Source of the DNA: an uncultured Phycisphaeraceae bacterium
Lineage (GTDB): Bacteria > Planctomycetota > Phycisphaerae > UBA1845
NCBI GenBank assembly: GCA_964574815.1
Contig: CAZNPL010000007.1
Coordinates: 51,246 to 115,245 of the forward strand
DNA: 64,000 nt
Reading direction: 5' to 3'
The notes under the pieces were generated by a model, which worked only from the letters and a program-made list of their open reading frames with translations, did no database searches and had not been told where the DNA came from. Below, in pieces: positions 48,896 to 57,081 of this stretch; within the stretch, counting starts at the first letter, position 1; each line of letters opens with the position of its first letter. A program made the position numbers and the translations under genes.

Positions 48896-50077
48896 ATGTC
48901 GCATGACAATCGCTCCTTGCTGTTGATTTGCCCGGTGCTGCCTTCCGTGGTCGCAGGATGTGCTCAAGTTCCGCGGCAACCGCTCCCCGAGCTCCCTGCC
49001 GAGCAGAAGACTCTGTTGCTCGGCTACTTGGAGACACACTGGCAAAGCCCCGAAGACTACATTGTGAGCAAGTTCGACGATCACGACATTGTCTTCGTCG
49101 GTGAATACCATCGCATCAAGCACGACGTCGAGCTGATGCAGCGTCTTATCCCCAGGCTGTACGAAGCCGGCGTCTATCATCTCGGCATCGAGTTCGGCAA
49201 CGTTGAACGCCAGGAAGACGTGGACGCATTGTTGGCGGCCGATACGTACGACGAAGATCTGGCCCGGCAAATCATGTTCGAGTACTTCGTCCTCTGGGGC
49301 TACCAGGAGTACATGGATTTCTACCGCGCCGCCTGGGCGCTCAACCGGTCGCTCCCGGATGATGCGCCCCGTTTTCGCATCGTGCACTTGAACTACCGAA
49401 AGTACTGGCCGGCGCGCAAGAAAAAGATGACGCCCGAGGCATGGAAAAAGGTATGGCACAAGGGCGACGGTGACGCACACATGGCGCGTATCGTTCTGGA
49501 TGAACTGGTGCGTCCCGAGCACAAAGCCCTCGTTTATTCCGGCGCTCACCACGCCTTCACCCGTTACGGACAACCCGTGTGTGACTACGAGAAGCAGAAG
49601 TTCATCCGACACGTGAACAACCGTATGGGAAACCTCGTATATCGCGAGATCGGCGACCGGGCGTTCAACGTGTTTCTTCACTCGCCCTGGGAACGGAAGT
49701 GGAAACCGGACGAACACAGCTATCCTGCGGCGGGCGTGATCGACGCCGTCATGTGCACGTTCGAAGACAAACAGGTCGGTTTCGACGTGCGCGGTACGCC
49801 GTTCGGAAAGCTGACGGACGAAAACGCGTACTATGCGGCCGGATACGAGAACTTCACCCTGGCGAACTTCTGCGACGGCTACGTATTTCAAAGGCATTTC
49901 CGGGATTACGAAGGTTGCACGGTCGATCCGAAATTCATCACCTGGAAGAACTTGAGCGAGGCCCGTGCCTACTGCCCGAATCCGACGGGACGTTTCTTCT
50001 TGTGCTGCCCGGGTCTTTGGCATTCGTCGATGCGCCGGGACGCCGACATGGCCCGCCGCTTCGCCGACCTTCAGTAG
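48896..50077 (+). CDS. hypothetical lipoprotein, possibly ChaN/Tiki-like
   Basis: 393 aa with lipobox VVAGC. IVFVGEYHRIKHDVELMQRLIPRLYEAGVYHLGIEF resembles ChaN-type GExH motifs. This is a weak assignment. Confidence 0.45.
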   Translation: MSHDNRSLLLICPVLPSVVAGCAQVPRQPLPELPAEQKTLLLGYLETHWQSPEDYIVSKFDDHDIVFVGEYHRIKHDVELMQRLIPRLYEAGVYHLGIEFGNVERQEDVDALLAADTYDEDLARQIMFEYFVLWGYQEYMDFYRAAWALNRSLPDDAPRFRIVHLNYRKYWPARKKKMTPEAWKKVWHKGDGDAHMARIVLDELVRPEHKALVYSGAHHAFTRYGQPVCDYEKQKFIRHVNNRMGNLVYREIGDRAFNVFLHSPWERKWKPDEHSYPAAGVIDAVMCTFEDKQVGFDVRGTPFGKLTDENAYYAAGYENFTLANFCDGYVFQRHFRDYEGCTVDPKFITWKNLSEARAYCPNPTGRFFLCCPGLWHSSMRRDADMARRFADLQ

Positions 50078-50194
50078 GGGTGCTCCGACACCGCTGCCAC
50101 CCGATCCGAGTCAACCCGTCCGTGACATGACGGCGCCCCTCGGGTTTCGCGCCCGTGTACATAGCCACGCGTGCGGCCGAAAACGGACCGAGTA

Positions 50195-50803
50195 TCAACA
50201 CCCCAGGCGACGGCGAACCTCCGCGATCCAATCCAGGCGTGCTTGCACAACATACAGGGCGCCGCTCATCGCCAAGGCGCTGAATTCGTCTCCCGCCGCC
50301 CGGTACCGCTTGCATTCGCCCTCGATCCAGGGGATCTGCTGTTCCAGTTGTCGCTCAGCATCGGCGAGAAATGCACGCCGATGTTGCGGCGACAGAACAC
50401 CCAGGAAATACGCCCTGGTCCGAACCGGATCGTACGTGATCCTCGCGGCATCCTCCGGCAGGGGCGGATTCAGCCACTCCGTTAGCGCCGCCCGGCCCTT
50501 GCTCGTAATCCGGTGCAGACGTCGACGGCGCCGGCCCTGCCGCGACTGGGTGCTCTGAAGATAGCTGCGTCGCACAAGCCGGGCCACCGCTGGATAGACG
50601 GCTCCGGCACTCCCGCTGTAGTGGGATGACGGCGAGGTCGCAAACTCCTTGGCAACCACATAACCGGTGCACGGCGCCCGCTTCCACACCACCCCCAGAA
50701 TCACCAGTTCCAATTCGCTCAGCCGCACCCTGCGCACACACCATACACACGGGCGGAATTCATCTCGGGACGCCCGGCGCCCCGACATGCCCCCGCCGCA
50801 CAT
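50195..50803 (-). CDS. PadR family transcriptional regulator
   Basis: LSELELVILGVVWKRAPCTGYVVAKEF...GAVYPAVARLVRRSYL...RLHRITSKGRAAL. The true start is probably downstream of 50803. Confidence 0.8.
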   Translation of the reverse strand: MCGGGMSGRRASRDEFRPCVWCVRRVRLSELELVILGVVWKRAPCTGYVVAKEFATSPSSHYSGSAGAVYPAVARLVRRSYLQSTQSRQGRRRRRLHRITSKGRAALTEWLNPPLPEDAARITYDPVRTRAYFLGVLSPQHRRAFLADAERQLEQQIPWIEGECKRYRAAGDEFSALAMSGALYVVQARLDWIAEVRRRLGC

Positions 50804-50843
50804 CGCTCTTTTCTGACAGGCCGCTTCCGTTCCGCCCGTCTTT

Positions 50844-50860
50844 TATTACGATTCGTAATA
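50844..50860. promoter_or_regulatory. 17-bp perfect palindrome, candidate PadR operator in the divergent promoter region
   Basis: TATTACGA-T-TCGTAATA, an AT-rich site in a GC-rich context, lying between the PadR gene (minus) and the protease gene (plus). Confidence 0.45.
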
Positions 50861-50895
50861 TAGCCGAACGTGGAGACATTGCAAGGAGATTCCCG

Positions 50896-52275
50896 ATGCA
50901 CAAATCCATTCCTTTGTTGATCGCCGTCGCGATCGCCCACCCCGCACTATACGCTCAAGAGGCGCGTGTCTTCGCGCTGAAGGAGTCCGGCCAACGCGTG
51001 ACACTCGAAACGATCGTCGTCCCCGAGGGAGAAACCCGCATGATCGCCTGCGGGGGCGAGGCACCGTACATCGACGTGATTGCACCGCCCGCACCGGGCG
51101 GATCCGGCCGTCTGGCCCAGTCCGGATTGTCCCGCGTGATCGCCGCCCGAAACGTCGGCGGGGAGCTCCACCTCCTCGAAAACCCCGCCAAGTCGCAACG
51201 CCGCCTCCCGCTCCTCGAAAACCCGCACGAATACGACATCCGCGTTTCGGTGACCTCTGCGACGGGTGGACAATACGCCTATCTCATCTCAAATTGGCGC
51301 GACGTCGACGACGACAAAGTCGGCCCGGTGATCGATATGTTCGCAGGCCGTGTGCCGATGAAGCCCGGTGATTACGTCATCTGCACCGACACGACCCGCG
51401 TCCACCACGAAAAGAAGACCTATGGCATCGCGCCACTCAGGTACGACCGATACCTGCTCGTCCGTGGTGAGTTACCAGGAGGGCGGTCCGGTGATTTCAT
51501 TGTCGACCTCGGCGCCGGAACAACGCTCGTAGACCGATCGTTCCTGCCGGACGATACGGACATCCGCGAGTCGCACATGGTCCAGTACTCAGCCGCCGGC
51601 AAGAAGCTGCTCAAGTACGAGCCCGGAGGCGCCACGGGCAAAGTCGAGTCCATCCTCGGCCACGCCGACCTCGCAGGCCTGCGCTTCGGCGACATCACCT
51701 TTGAGGACGTTTCCGTCGCCGTCATCTCCGAGCTTCCCATCTTCGGCGGACACGAGGCCGCCGGAATCCTCGGAATCGATTTACTGCGCAGGGCCGAGTT
51801 CCTTTCGCTCGAATACCCTGATGCAAACACCGGCACCGGCAGACTGCGCATGTCCCGAACGCCAACGGTCGGCGCCGACGCCGTCGCGTTGCCCTTCTCG
51901 ACGGTCAATACGCACCCCATGATCAAGGTCGCCTTCAACGAAACGCCCGTGTCCGTCATCCTCGACACCGGCGCACCCGGTCCCATCCTGGACCGCCAGG
52001 CCGCTCGCGCTGCCGGCATCGCCGCGGACGCCCCGGGACGAGCCGCCCGGGGGCTCGACCAGGGCACCGCCGAAATCGATCCCGCCACCGCCGACAAGCT
52101 GACAATCGGCTCCCACGTGCTGCACGGCATGCCAATTCACATCGGCGCGCTGCCCGTCTTCGCCCCGATGCGCTCGCACAACCAGTCTGTCGGTCTTCTG
52201 GGCAACTCGGTCCTGGCGCGTTTCAAAGGAATCGAACTCGATTTCAACGCCCGAACACTGCGCCTCGAGCCCTGA
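50896..52275 (+). CDS. secreted protein with two retropepsin-like aspartic protease domains
   Basis: The ATG at 50896 is preceded by AAGGAG. Signal peptide MHKSIPLLIAVAIAHPALYAQE. Motifs FIVDLGAGTTLVD and VILDTGAPGPILD. I discount the track ORF's N-terminal extension. Confidence 0.65.
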   Translation: MHKSIPLLIAVAIAHPALYAQEARVFALKESGQRVTLETIVVPEGETRMIACGGEAPYIDVIAPPAPGGSGRLAQSGLSRVIAARNVGGELHLLENPAKSQRRLPLLENPHEYDIRVSVTSATGGQYAYLISNWRDVDDDKVGPVIDMFAGRVPMKPGDYVICTDTTRVHHEKKTYGIAPLRYDRYLLVRGELPGGRSGDFIVDLGAGTTLVDRSFLPDDTDIRESHMVQYSAAGKKLLKYEPGGATGKVESILGHADLAGLRFGDITFEDVSVAVISELPIFGGHEAAGILGIDLLRRAEFLSLEYPDANTGTGRLRMSRTPTVGADAVALPFSTVNTHPMIKVAFNETPVSVILDTGAPGPILDRQAARAAGIAADAPGRAARGLDQGTAEIDPATADKLTIGSHVLHGMPIHIGALPVFAPMRSHNQSVGLLGNSVLARFKGIELDFNARTLRLEP

Positions 52276-52398
52276 TCGCTATAATCCCGAGGCGCCTTGC
52301 GGTGTACGTTCGCCGCAAAGAAAGATCATGGACCGATTCGGCCGACACCGATGACAAAAATGCGGGGCCCGGATACCGCGGTTCAGCAACGAAGCACG

Positions 52399-53895
52399 AT
52401 GCGATACCATTCCGTGATCAGGCTCCTTCGCGCATCCATGACGGCACTTCTGCTGCCGATCATCGCTGGCGGATGCGGCAATGATCCCTCCATTTTCCTC
52501 GACGCCCGCAACAGCGAGCCGATCGACAGCGCGGACCTCACGCTCGTCGCCCGTTGCGTCCACATTACCGACACCCACGTCATGGACGAGGAATCGCCCG
52601 CTCGGTTCGCCGCCGCCCACATCGTCACCCGCAGCGCCTGGAGACCTTACGAGTGTTTCTCAACGCAACTCTTCGACGGGATCATCCGAACCGCCAACCG
52701 CATTCACGCCGCAGGCCGGACCGTCGACTTCCTCATCCATACCGGCGACGCCTGCGATAACGCCCAGACCAACGAACTCGACTGGATGCTCGGCATCTTC
52801 GACGGCGAACAGATCGACCCGCTCCCCGGACCGGACGACCGACCAACGAACCAGCGCCCCGATCTACTGTTGGACCCGCACGCCACCTTCAAGGCCCAGG
52901 GCCTCTACCGCACAGACCACCACGGCGACGAACCGTCGATCCGGTGGTACACGGTCTTCGGCAACCACGACGCGTTCGCCCAGGGTATCCTGCCCATCTT
53001 TGCCGCCTTCCCGGACCGGCGCATCGCACCGCTTCCCTTCGACGGACGCCCCGGCTTTCTCCTGCCCACGATCTTCGATCCCGTCGGCGCTCTCGCCTAC
53101 GGCCGGGTTACGCCCGCCGATCCCGGACCGCCCCCACTCTTCGCGGTCCCGCGCCCTGTCACCCCGAACCCGGCCCGACGCTTCTTCAACAAACGCGAGT
53201 ACATCGATGCGATGTTCACCACCGTCACCGGCCCGCCGGGGCACGGATTCGACGGCGACGCGCGAACACGCTCCTGGTACAGCGTCGCGCCGGTGCCCGG
53301 CCTCAGACTGATCGGCCTGGATACCTGCGACCCGGCCCACAAGATTCCCGGCCTGCTGTACGACAAGGGCGCGCTATCGCTTTCGCAACGTAACTTCCTG
53401 CAGCAAGCGCTCGAAGCCGCCGAGGAAGCCGGCGAACTCGTTGTCATCGCATCCCACCACCCCACGCGCTACCTCGAGCCTCTGTACGGCACCGCGCTCG
53501 ACGCGCCGCAGTTCCGCAGTTTCCTGAATGGATTCCCAAACGTCGTGGTCCACATCGCCGGCCACTCACACGTCAATCGCGTGTTTGACCGCGGCGGATA
53601 CCTCGAAATCGAAACCTGCTCCACGCTCGATCCGCCGCAGGAAGGCCGCATGATCGAGATCTGGCGCGACGAGACAAACGACACGGTGGTGGTCACCTAC
53701 GAGATGTTCTCCCACCTCGACGACCGACTTCCGCCTCTGGGAGATGATCCCCTCGCCGAGCTGCGCCGGCAGGCGCTCGGCATCGCCGCCGAAGATCCCG
53801 GAGCCAAAACGCGACGACAGATCCTCGATCCCCTCGCCGCCGATACGGCCACAAGCAAGTCAGACCGGCAAGGCCGGATCGTACTTCCGCGGTGA
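52399..53895 (+). CDS. metallophosphoesterase (calcineurin-like) lipoprotein
   Basis: Lipobox LPIIAGGC. Motifs ITDTHVMD, HTGDACDN, FGNHD, SHHP and GHSHVN. The track ORF starts at 52297. Confidence 0.8.
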   Translation: MRYHSVIRLLRASMTALLLPIIAGGCGNDPSIFLDARNSEPIDSADLTLVARCVHITDTHVMDEESPARFAAAHIVTRSAWRPYECFSTQLFDGIIRTANRIHAAGRTVDFLIHTGDACDNAQTNELDWMLGIFDGEQIDPLPGPDDRPTNQRPDLLLDPHATFKAQGLYRTDHHGDEPSIRWYTVFGNHDAFAQGILPIFAAFPDRRIAPLPFDGRPGFLLPTIFDPVGALAYGRVTPADPGPPPLFAVPRPVTPNPARRFFNKREYIDAMFTTVTGPPGHGFDGDARTRSWYSVAPVPGLRLIGLDTCDPAHKIPGLLYDKGALSLSQRNFLQQALEAAEEAGELVVIASHHPTRYLEPLYGTALDAPQFRSFLNGFPNVVVHIAGHSHVNRVFDRGGYLEIETCSTLDPPQEGRMIEIWRDETNDTVVVTYEMFSHLDDRLPPLGDDPLAELRRQALGIAAEDPGAKTRRQILDPLAADTATSKSDRQGRIVLPR

Positions 53896-53910
53896 GCGAT
53901 GCGGGACCGC

Positions 53911-54357
53911 CTACCGGTGCTCAATGACGATGATGTTATCGGGCAGGAACTCGAGGGTTTTGGCCACGTCTTCCCAGTTGAGCTGCCCCGGTCCGCAACC
54001 AGGTCGCGGCAGCAGCGTCTTGGCGTCTCCTACCAGTTGCATCAGCTCGCGGCCGCTACGCTCAATGATCTGAAGACTCGGTCCCGACCACACATACTGC
54101 TGGATCGGGAAGGAAACGATTCCGGGCCGGATGAGATGCACGTGGTTGCCCCGGGAGGTGAGCAGCATCCCCAGGTCCATCTCGATATTGTGGAACTTCT
54201 TCGCCGCCTCGGCCGCGACCCCGGAATCCATGATGGCCGCGCCTTCGTCGTTCGTCGCCCCCGACGTGGGAATGCAGCGGTAATCGGCCCGCTCGATCCA
54301 GAGATTGCAGACTTTCTCTTGCATGGTGCCGATCCGTGCCTCCGCCGCCGCGGGCAT
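53911..54357 (-). CDS. hypothetical protein, possibly macro-domain-like (ADP-ribose binding)
   Basis: 148 aa; the likely start is MQEKV at about 54324. CIPTSGATNDEGAAIMDSGVAAEAAKKF resembles the ICIPTNG...G.aVMGrGvA pattern of some macro-like proteins. This rests on memory only. Confidence 0.35.
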   Translation of the reverse strand: MPAAAEARIGTMQEKVCNLWIERADYRCIPTSGATNDEGAAIMDSGVAAEAAKKFHNIEMDLGMLLTSRGNHVHLIRPGIVSFPIQQYVWSGPSLQIIERSGRELMQLVGDAKTLLPRPGCGPGQLNWEDVAKTLEFLPDNIIVIEHR

Positions 54358-55073
54358 TACCGGACCAGTTAGTATCGGCGATCGGCGCGGCAGGCCTTTG
54401 AAATTGCGGCTTCACACGACCGGCGATCTGGTGCCGATAACCCCGACCCGCGCCCGGCGGCCCTAGACGCGACCGCCGTCGGAGTGCGGACGCCGACGCC
54501 CGAAGCGACGTAAGTCCCGTTGCCACAAGGGCTGACGAGCCAGAAGTATATCGGATCGACGCGCGGCGGCAATCAGGACGAAAGCACGAGTGACAAAAGA
54601 GCCCCAGACAATGCCGGGATCGTGAGCAAGAGCAACCCGGCCCCTCGGTGTCCCGCCGCTCCGGCAAACCCCTTTCGCCTTAACTCGGCGGTCTGCCCCC
54701 GGCGCCAACAGATGGCCCCGAATCTCGAGCATGAGACTGGGCAAAGCCAGGTGCGCCGCCGGTGCTGTCCGTAACTCGATCTGCCGATCGAGGTCATCTC
54801 CACCCTCACGGCGCCGTGATCAGTTTCCCCAGGTTACGCCACTTACCAATCTTACTACTTACGGACATTTGGGCGTAGCCTGAAGCGGCAAGCGCGACTA
54901 CAACGCGAAAGTGAGCCGGCGATCGGCGGAGGCGGCGTTGGATGGGGCGATATGACGACCCGAACGTCCATCACCGAGGTGCTGTGCCCGTATTCCAGGG
55001 CATCCGGCAAACGTCGGAGGGATTATGACCACACGGCGGTGAGAGGTTGAAAGGTTCAGACCAAGGTGCGGGT

Positions 55074-56075
55074 TTAGCCTTGCTCGTTCGACGCTACCGG
55101 CCTGACGCGGCCCTCCAGACCGATGGCCGGCGACCGATCCGAGCCGGCCGAGGCATCAATCACCGCCTCGAAGATCCGGTAGCTCGATGCGGCATCGATA
55201 CCGGGAGCTGCCCGCTCAACGTGGCCCCGCAGGGTGACCTTGCCGTCCCGGCTCCGAAACACAATCCGCGTACCGATCGCGACGTCTGCCGAATCGCGCT
55301 CGGGTCTGGCGAAGCGTATGAGCAATTCCTTGTCACTGATGATGCGCACGACCGGAACCTCCGGGCCGACCACAGCGCCGCTCTGCTGATAAACGCCGGC
55401 CACGGCCCCCTCGAACGACGCCCTCACCTTGCAGTCGTCAAGCAATCGGCCCAGGTTGTCGACCTTCGCCGAAGCCTGCTCCGCGCGAGCTTCGGCTACT
55501 TTGACATTCTGCGCAGCAACGTCGCGAGCATGCTCGGCCTGCGTTGCTTCCCGCTCCGTCTTACTGGCCTCACTGAGGTCCTCCAGCCGATCGCAGTGCT
55601 CCTGCGCATCGGCAAGATTCAATCTGGCGATCTCGACGTCGGACGTGGCCTCTCGCATTGCCGCCTCCGCCGCCTTGAGTTCCGCCTCGATGGAGCCTTT
55701 CTCAAGAATGGCCACAACCTCACCCGGCGAGACTCGATCTCCCAGTCCAACTCGAAGTCCTTCGAGCCGCCCCTCGATCCTGGGTGCGAGGTCCACCGTT
55801 CGCCTGGGCACGACAACACCGACGAACCCCTCATCAAGCCAGTCAAGATGGTCGGCTTCCACCTCAATCCCTGCCGGTTGCCGCTTGGTCCCCTCACCGC
55901 GACCCCCTCCGGACGGAGTCGAACCCTCACCTGCGAAAAGACACGGGCACCACGCCATCAGACCCAACGCCACCACGGTCCGCAACGTGCGCGGGTCGGA
56001 TCCGGATTGCCGTGCCGCGGGACCCTCCCCCCGGTTGTCGCATCTTGCTGTTTTGGTACGAAGTAAAGTGAACAT
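55074..56075 (-). CDS. HlyD/RND-type periplasmic adaptor (membrane fusion) protein
   Basis: It has a lipoyl-like hairpin (APRIEGRLEGLRVGLGDRVSPGEVVAILE), a coiled coil, and a beta-barrel (VRASFEGAVAGVYQQSGAVVG). I prefer the ATG at 56075 (MFTLLRTK...) because the track start at 56150 lies inside the upstream terminator hairpin. Confidence 0.75.
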   Translation of the reverse strand: MFTLLRTKTARCDNRGEGPAARQSGSDPRTLRTVVALGLMAWCPCLFAGEGSTPSGGGRGEGTKRQPAGIEVEADHLDWLDEGFVGVVVPRRTVDLAPRIEGRLEGLRVGLGDRVSPGEVVAILEKGSIEAELKAAEAAMREATSDVEIARLNLADAQEHCDRLEDLSEASKTEREATQAEHARDVAAQNVKVAEARAEQASAKVDNLGRLLDDCKVRASFEGAVAGVYQQSGAVVGPEVPVVRIISDKELLIRFARPERDSADVAIGTRIVFRSRDGKVTLRGHVERAAPGIDAASSYRIFEAVIDASAGSDRSPAIGLEGRVRPVASNEQG

Positions 56076-56112
56076 GGTTCGACGATCCTGACAGGCGTTG
56101 CTCACCACCGCA

Positions 56113-56148
56113 AAAAACGACCGGAGCGGCACGGTCGCCGCTCCGGTC
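56113..56148 (-). terminator. intrinsic terminator after peptide gene 1
   Basis: Minus-strand GACCGGAGCGGC-GACCGU-GCCGCUCCGGUC, a perfect 12-bp stem followed by GUUUUUU. It starts 15 nt after the peptide stop. Confidence 0.8.
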
Positions 56149-56162
56149 ACTCATGCTCGTGA

Positions 56163-56336
56163 TCACACGGGCAGCACGCGGTAGAGCGTCGGATCCTCTT
56201 CGTCGGTCGGCGGCTCTGCCGGCTGCTCATTGATCGGGTCATACTCCTGGGGCTTGTCGTGCCCGCCGCACACCTGCTCCAGTTCCCGGTGCCCCAACTC
56301 GCGCCACAGTTCCTTCTCATTCTTGTGCGAAAACAT
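56163..56336 (-). CDS. double-glycine-leader peptide 1 (57 aa; not in ORF track, below its size cut-off)
   Basis: My own translation: MFSHKNEKELWRELGHRELEQVCGG/HDKPQEYDPINEQPAEPPTDEEDPTLYRVLPV*. The leader fits the GG-leader consensus, with hydrophobic residues at -4, -7, -12 and -15 (V, L, L, W) and Glu at -8. SD sequence AAGGAUGG lies upstream. Confidence 0.75.
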   Translation of the reverse strand: MFSHKNEKELWRELGHRELEQVCGGHDKPQEYDPINEQPAEPPTDEEDPTLYRVLPV

Positions 56337-56486
56337 TGTTCCATCCTTTCGGGTCCTGTTTGAGACCGCCTTGTCCCGGCCTCGCTTTCACTTGAACCGG
56401 CGGACCACCCGCCGGCGTTGTTCGTTTTCCGGTTTTGCGGCTCGAAGTTGCCCTTCTTCTCGCCCCCGAGGCCCGTTCGCCCCGGT
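56337..56486 (-). promoter_or_regulatory. conserved structured 5' leader, copy 1
   Basis: About 150 nt between the predicted -10 element and the peptide 1 ATG. By eye it aligns at roughly four-fifths identity with copy 2. It contains the hairpins CCGGGGC-GAACGG-GCCUCGG, CCGGCGG-GUGGU-CCGCCGG and GAGGCCG-N8-CGGUCUC. Confidence 0.55.
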
Positions 56487-56492
56487 TCACCA

Positions 56493-56523
56493 CGTATACG
56501 CAATCCGCCGCAAAACCTGTCGG
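56493..56523 (-). promoter_or_regulatory. promoter of peptide gene 1 (shared box)
   Basis: Minus strand CCGACA-N19-TATACG. The architecture and the TTGCGTATAC core match those at 57082-57112 and 60553-60583. Confidence 0.5.
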
Positions 56524-56672
56524 CGCAAGGTGGTTTTTTGCCGGAGCCCGGGCCGCGGCCGATGGCACGGAATCAGTCGCAAGGTATCGATTTACTTTAT
56601 CGAAATGCGTTCAAAAACCACGGGATCGAATGGGCGAGTGACGGGGCCGCCGCGGACGCGGCAATGGATGGC

Positions 56673-56711
56673 AAGAAAGAAGACGGGAGCGGGGGGTGCT
56701 CCGCTCCCGTC
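56673..56711 (-). terminator. intrinsic terminator after peptide gene 2
   Basis: Minus-strand GACGGGAGCGG-AGCACCCC-CCGCUCCCGUC, a perfect 11-bp stem followed by UUCUUUCUU. Confidence 0.75.
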
Positions 56712-56737
56712 AGCCGCATGGATCCTTGCAGGAGGCT

Positions 56738-56926
56738 CTACAAGGCCCATACGCGGACAACGTCCGTCTCTTCCTGCTCGAAGCCGTCCGTGGCGGAGCC
56801 CTCCGAAGGATTGCCCTCGTCGATCGGGTCGTACTTCTTCGCAACGGTGAGACCGCCGCAGACTTGCTCGAGTTCATCCTGACAAAGCGCGTGCCACACA
56901 TTCTTCTGAGTTCTTCCGGTGGACAT
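56738..56926 (-). CDS. double-glycine-leader peptide 2 (62 aa)
   Basis: This uses the internal ATG of track ORF 56738..57079. Translation: MSTGRTQKNVWHALCQDELEQVCGG/LTVAKKYDPIDEGNPSEGSATDGFEQEETDVVRVWAL*. It has the same ELEQVCGG leader end and the same SD context (GAAAGGAUGGAACAAUG) as peptide 1. Confidence 0.75.
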   Translation of the reverse strand: MSTGRTQKNVWHALCQDELEQVCGGLTVAKKYDPIDEGNPSEGSATDGFEQEETDVVRVWAL

Positions 56927-57075
56927 TGTTCCATCCTTTCGATCCCTTTGGGGCCGACGTGCCCCGGTCCCGCTTTCACTTGAACCGGCGGACCATCCGC
57001 CGGCATCGCTCGCTTTGCAGTTCTTCGGCTCGAAGTTGCGTCTCTTCTCGCCTCCCGAGGCCCATTCGCCCCGGT
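56927..57075 (-). promoter_or_regulatory. conserved structured 5' leader, copy 2
   Basis: Paralogous to 56337-56486. It differs from copy 1 by 1-nt and 2-nt indels, so no reading frame is shared between the two copies. Confidence 0.55.
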
Positions 57076-57081
57076 TCACCA

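Noticed and set aside
48845-50023. 392-aa minus-strand ORF
   Set aside because: It is antisense to the lipobox-bearing, compositionally normal plus-strand ORF 48896..50077, and its translation is Val/Arg/His-rich junk.
56494-56503. A closing stem pairing TTGCGT at the 5' end of the conserved block with ACGCAA further downstream
   Set aside because: The pairing is good only in copy 2. The TTGCGTATAC segment is better explained as the -10 region of the shared promoter, so it is probably not transcribed.
56147-57079. Longer ORFs over the peptide locus (56147..56503, 56317..56568, 56710..57006, and the 113-aa form of 56738..57079) that would make the conserved upstream blocks protein-coding
   Set aside because: The two paralogous blocks differ by 1-nt and 2-nt indels, so the same DNA is read in different frames in the two copies and gives unrelated peptides. 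In copy 1 the upstream frame is not even in phase with the GG-leader peptide. The conserved SD plus ATG and the promoter box also place the transcription start inside these ORFs.
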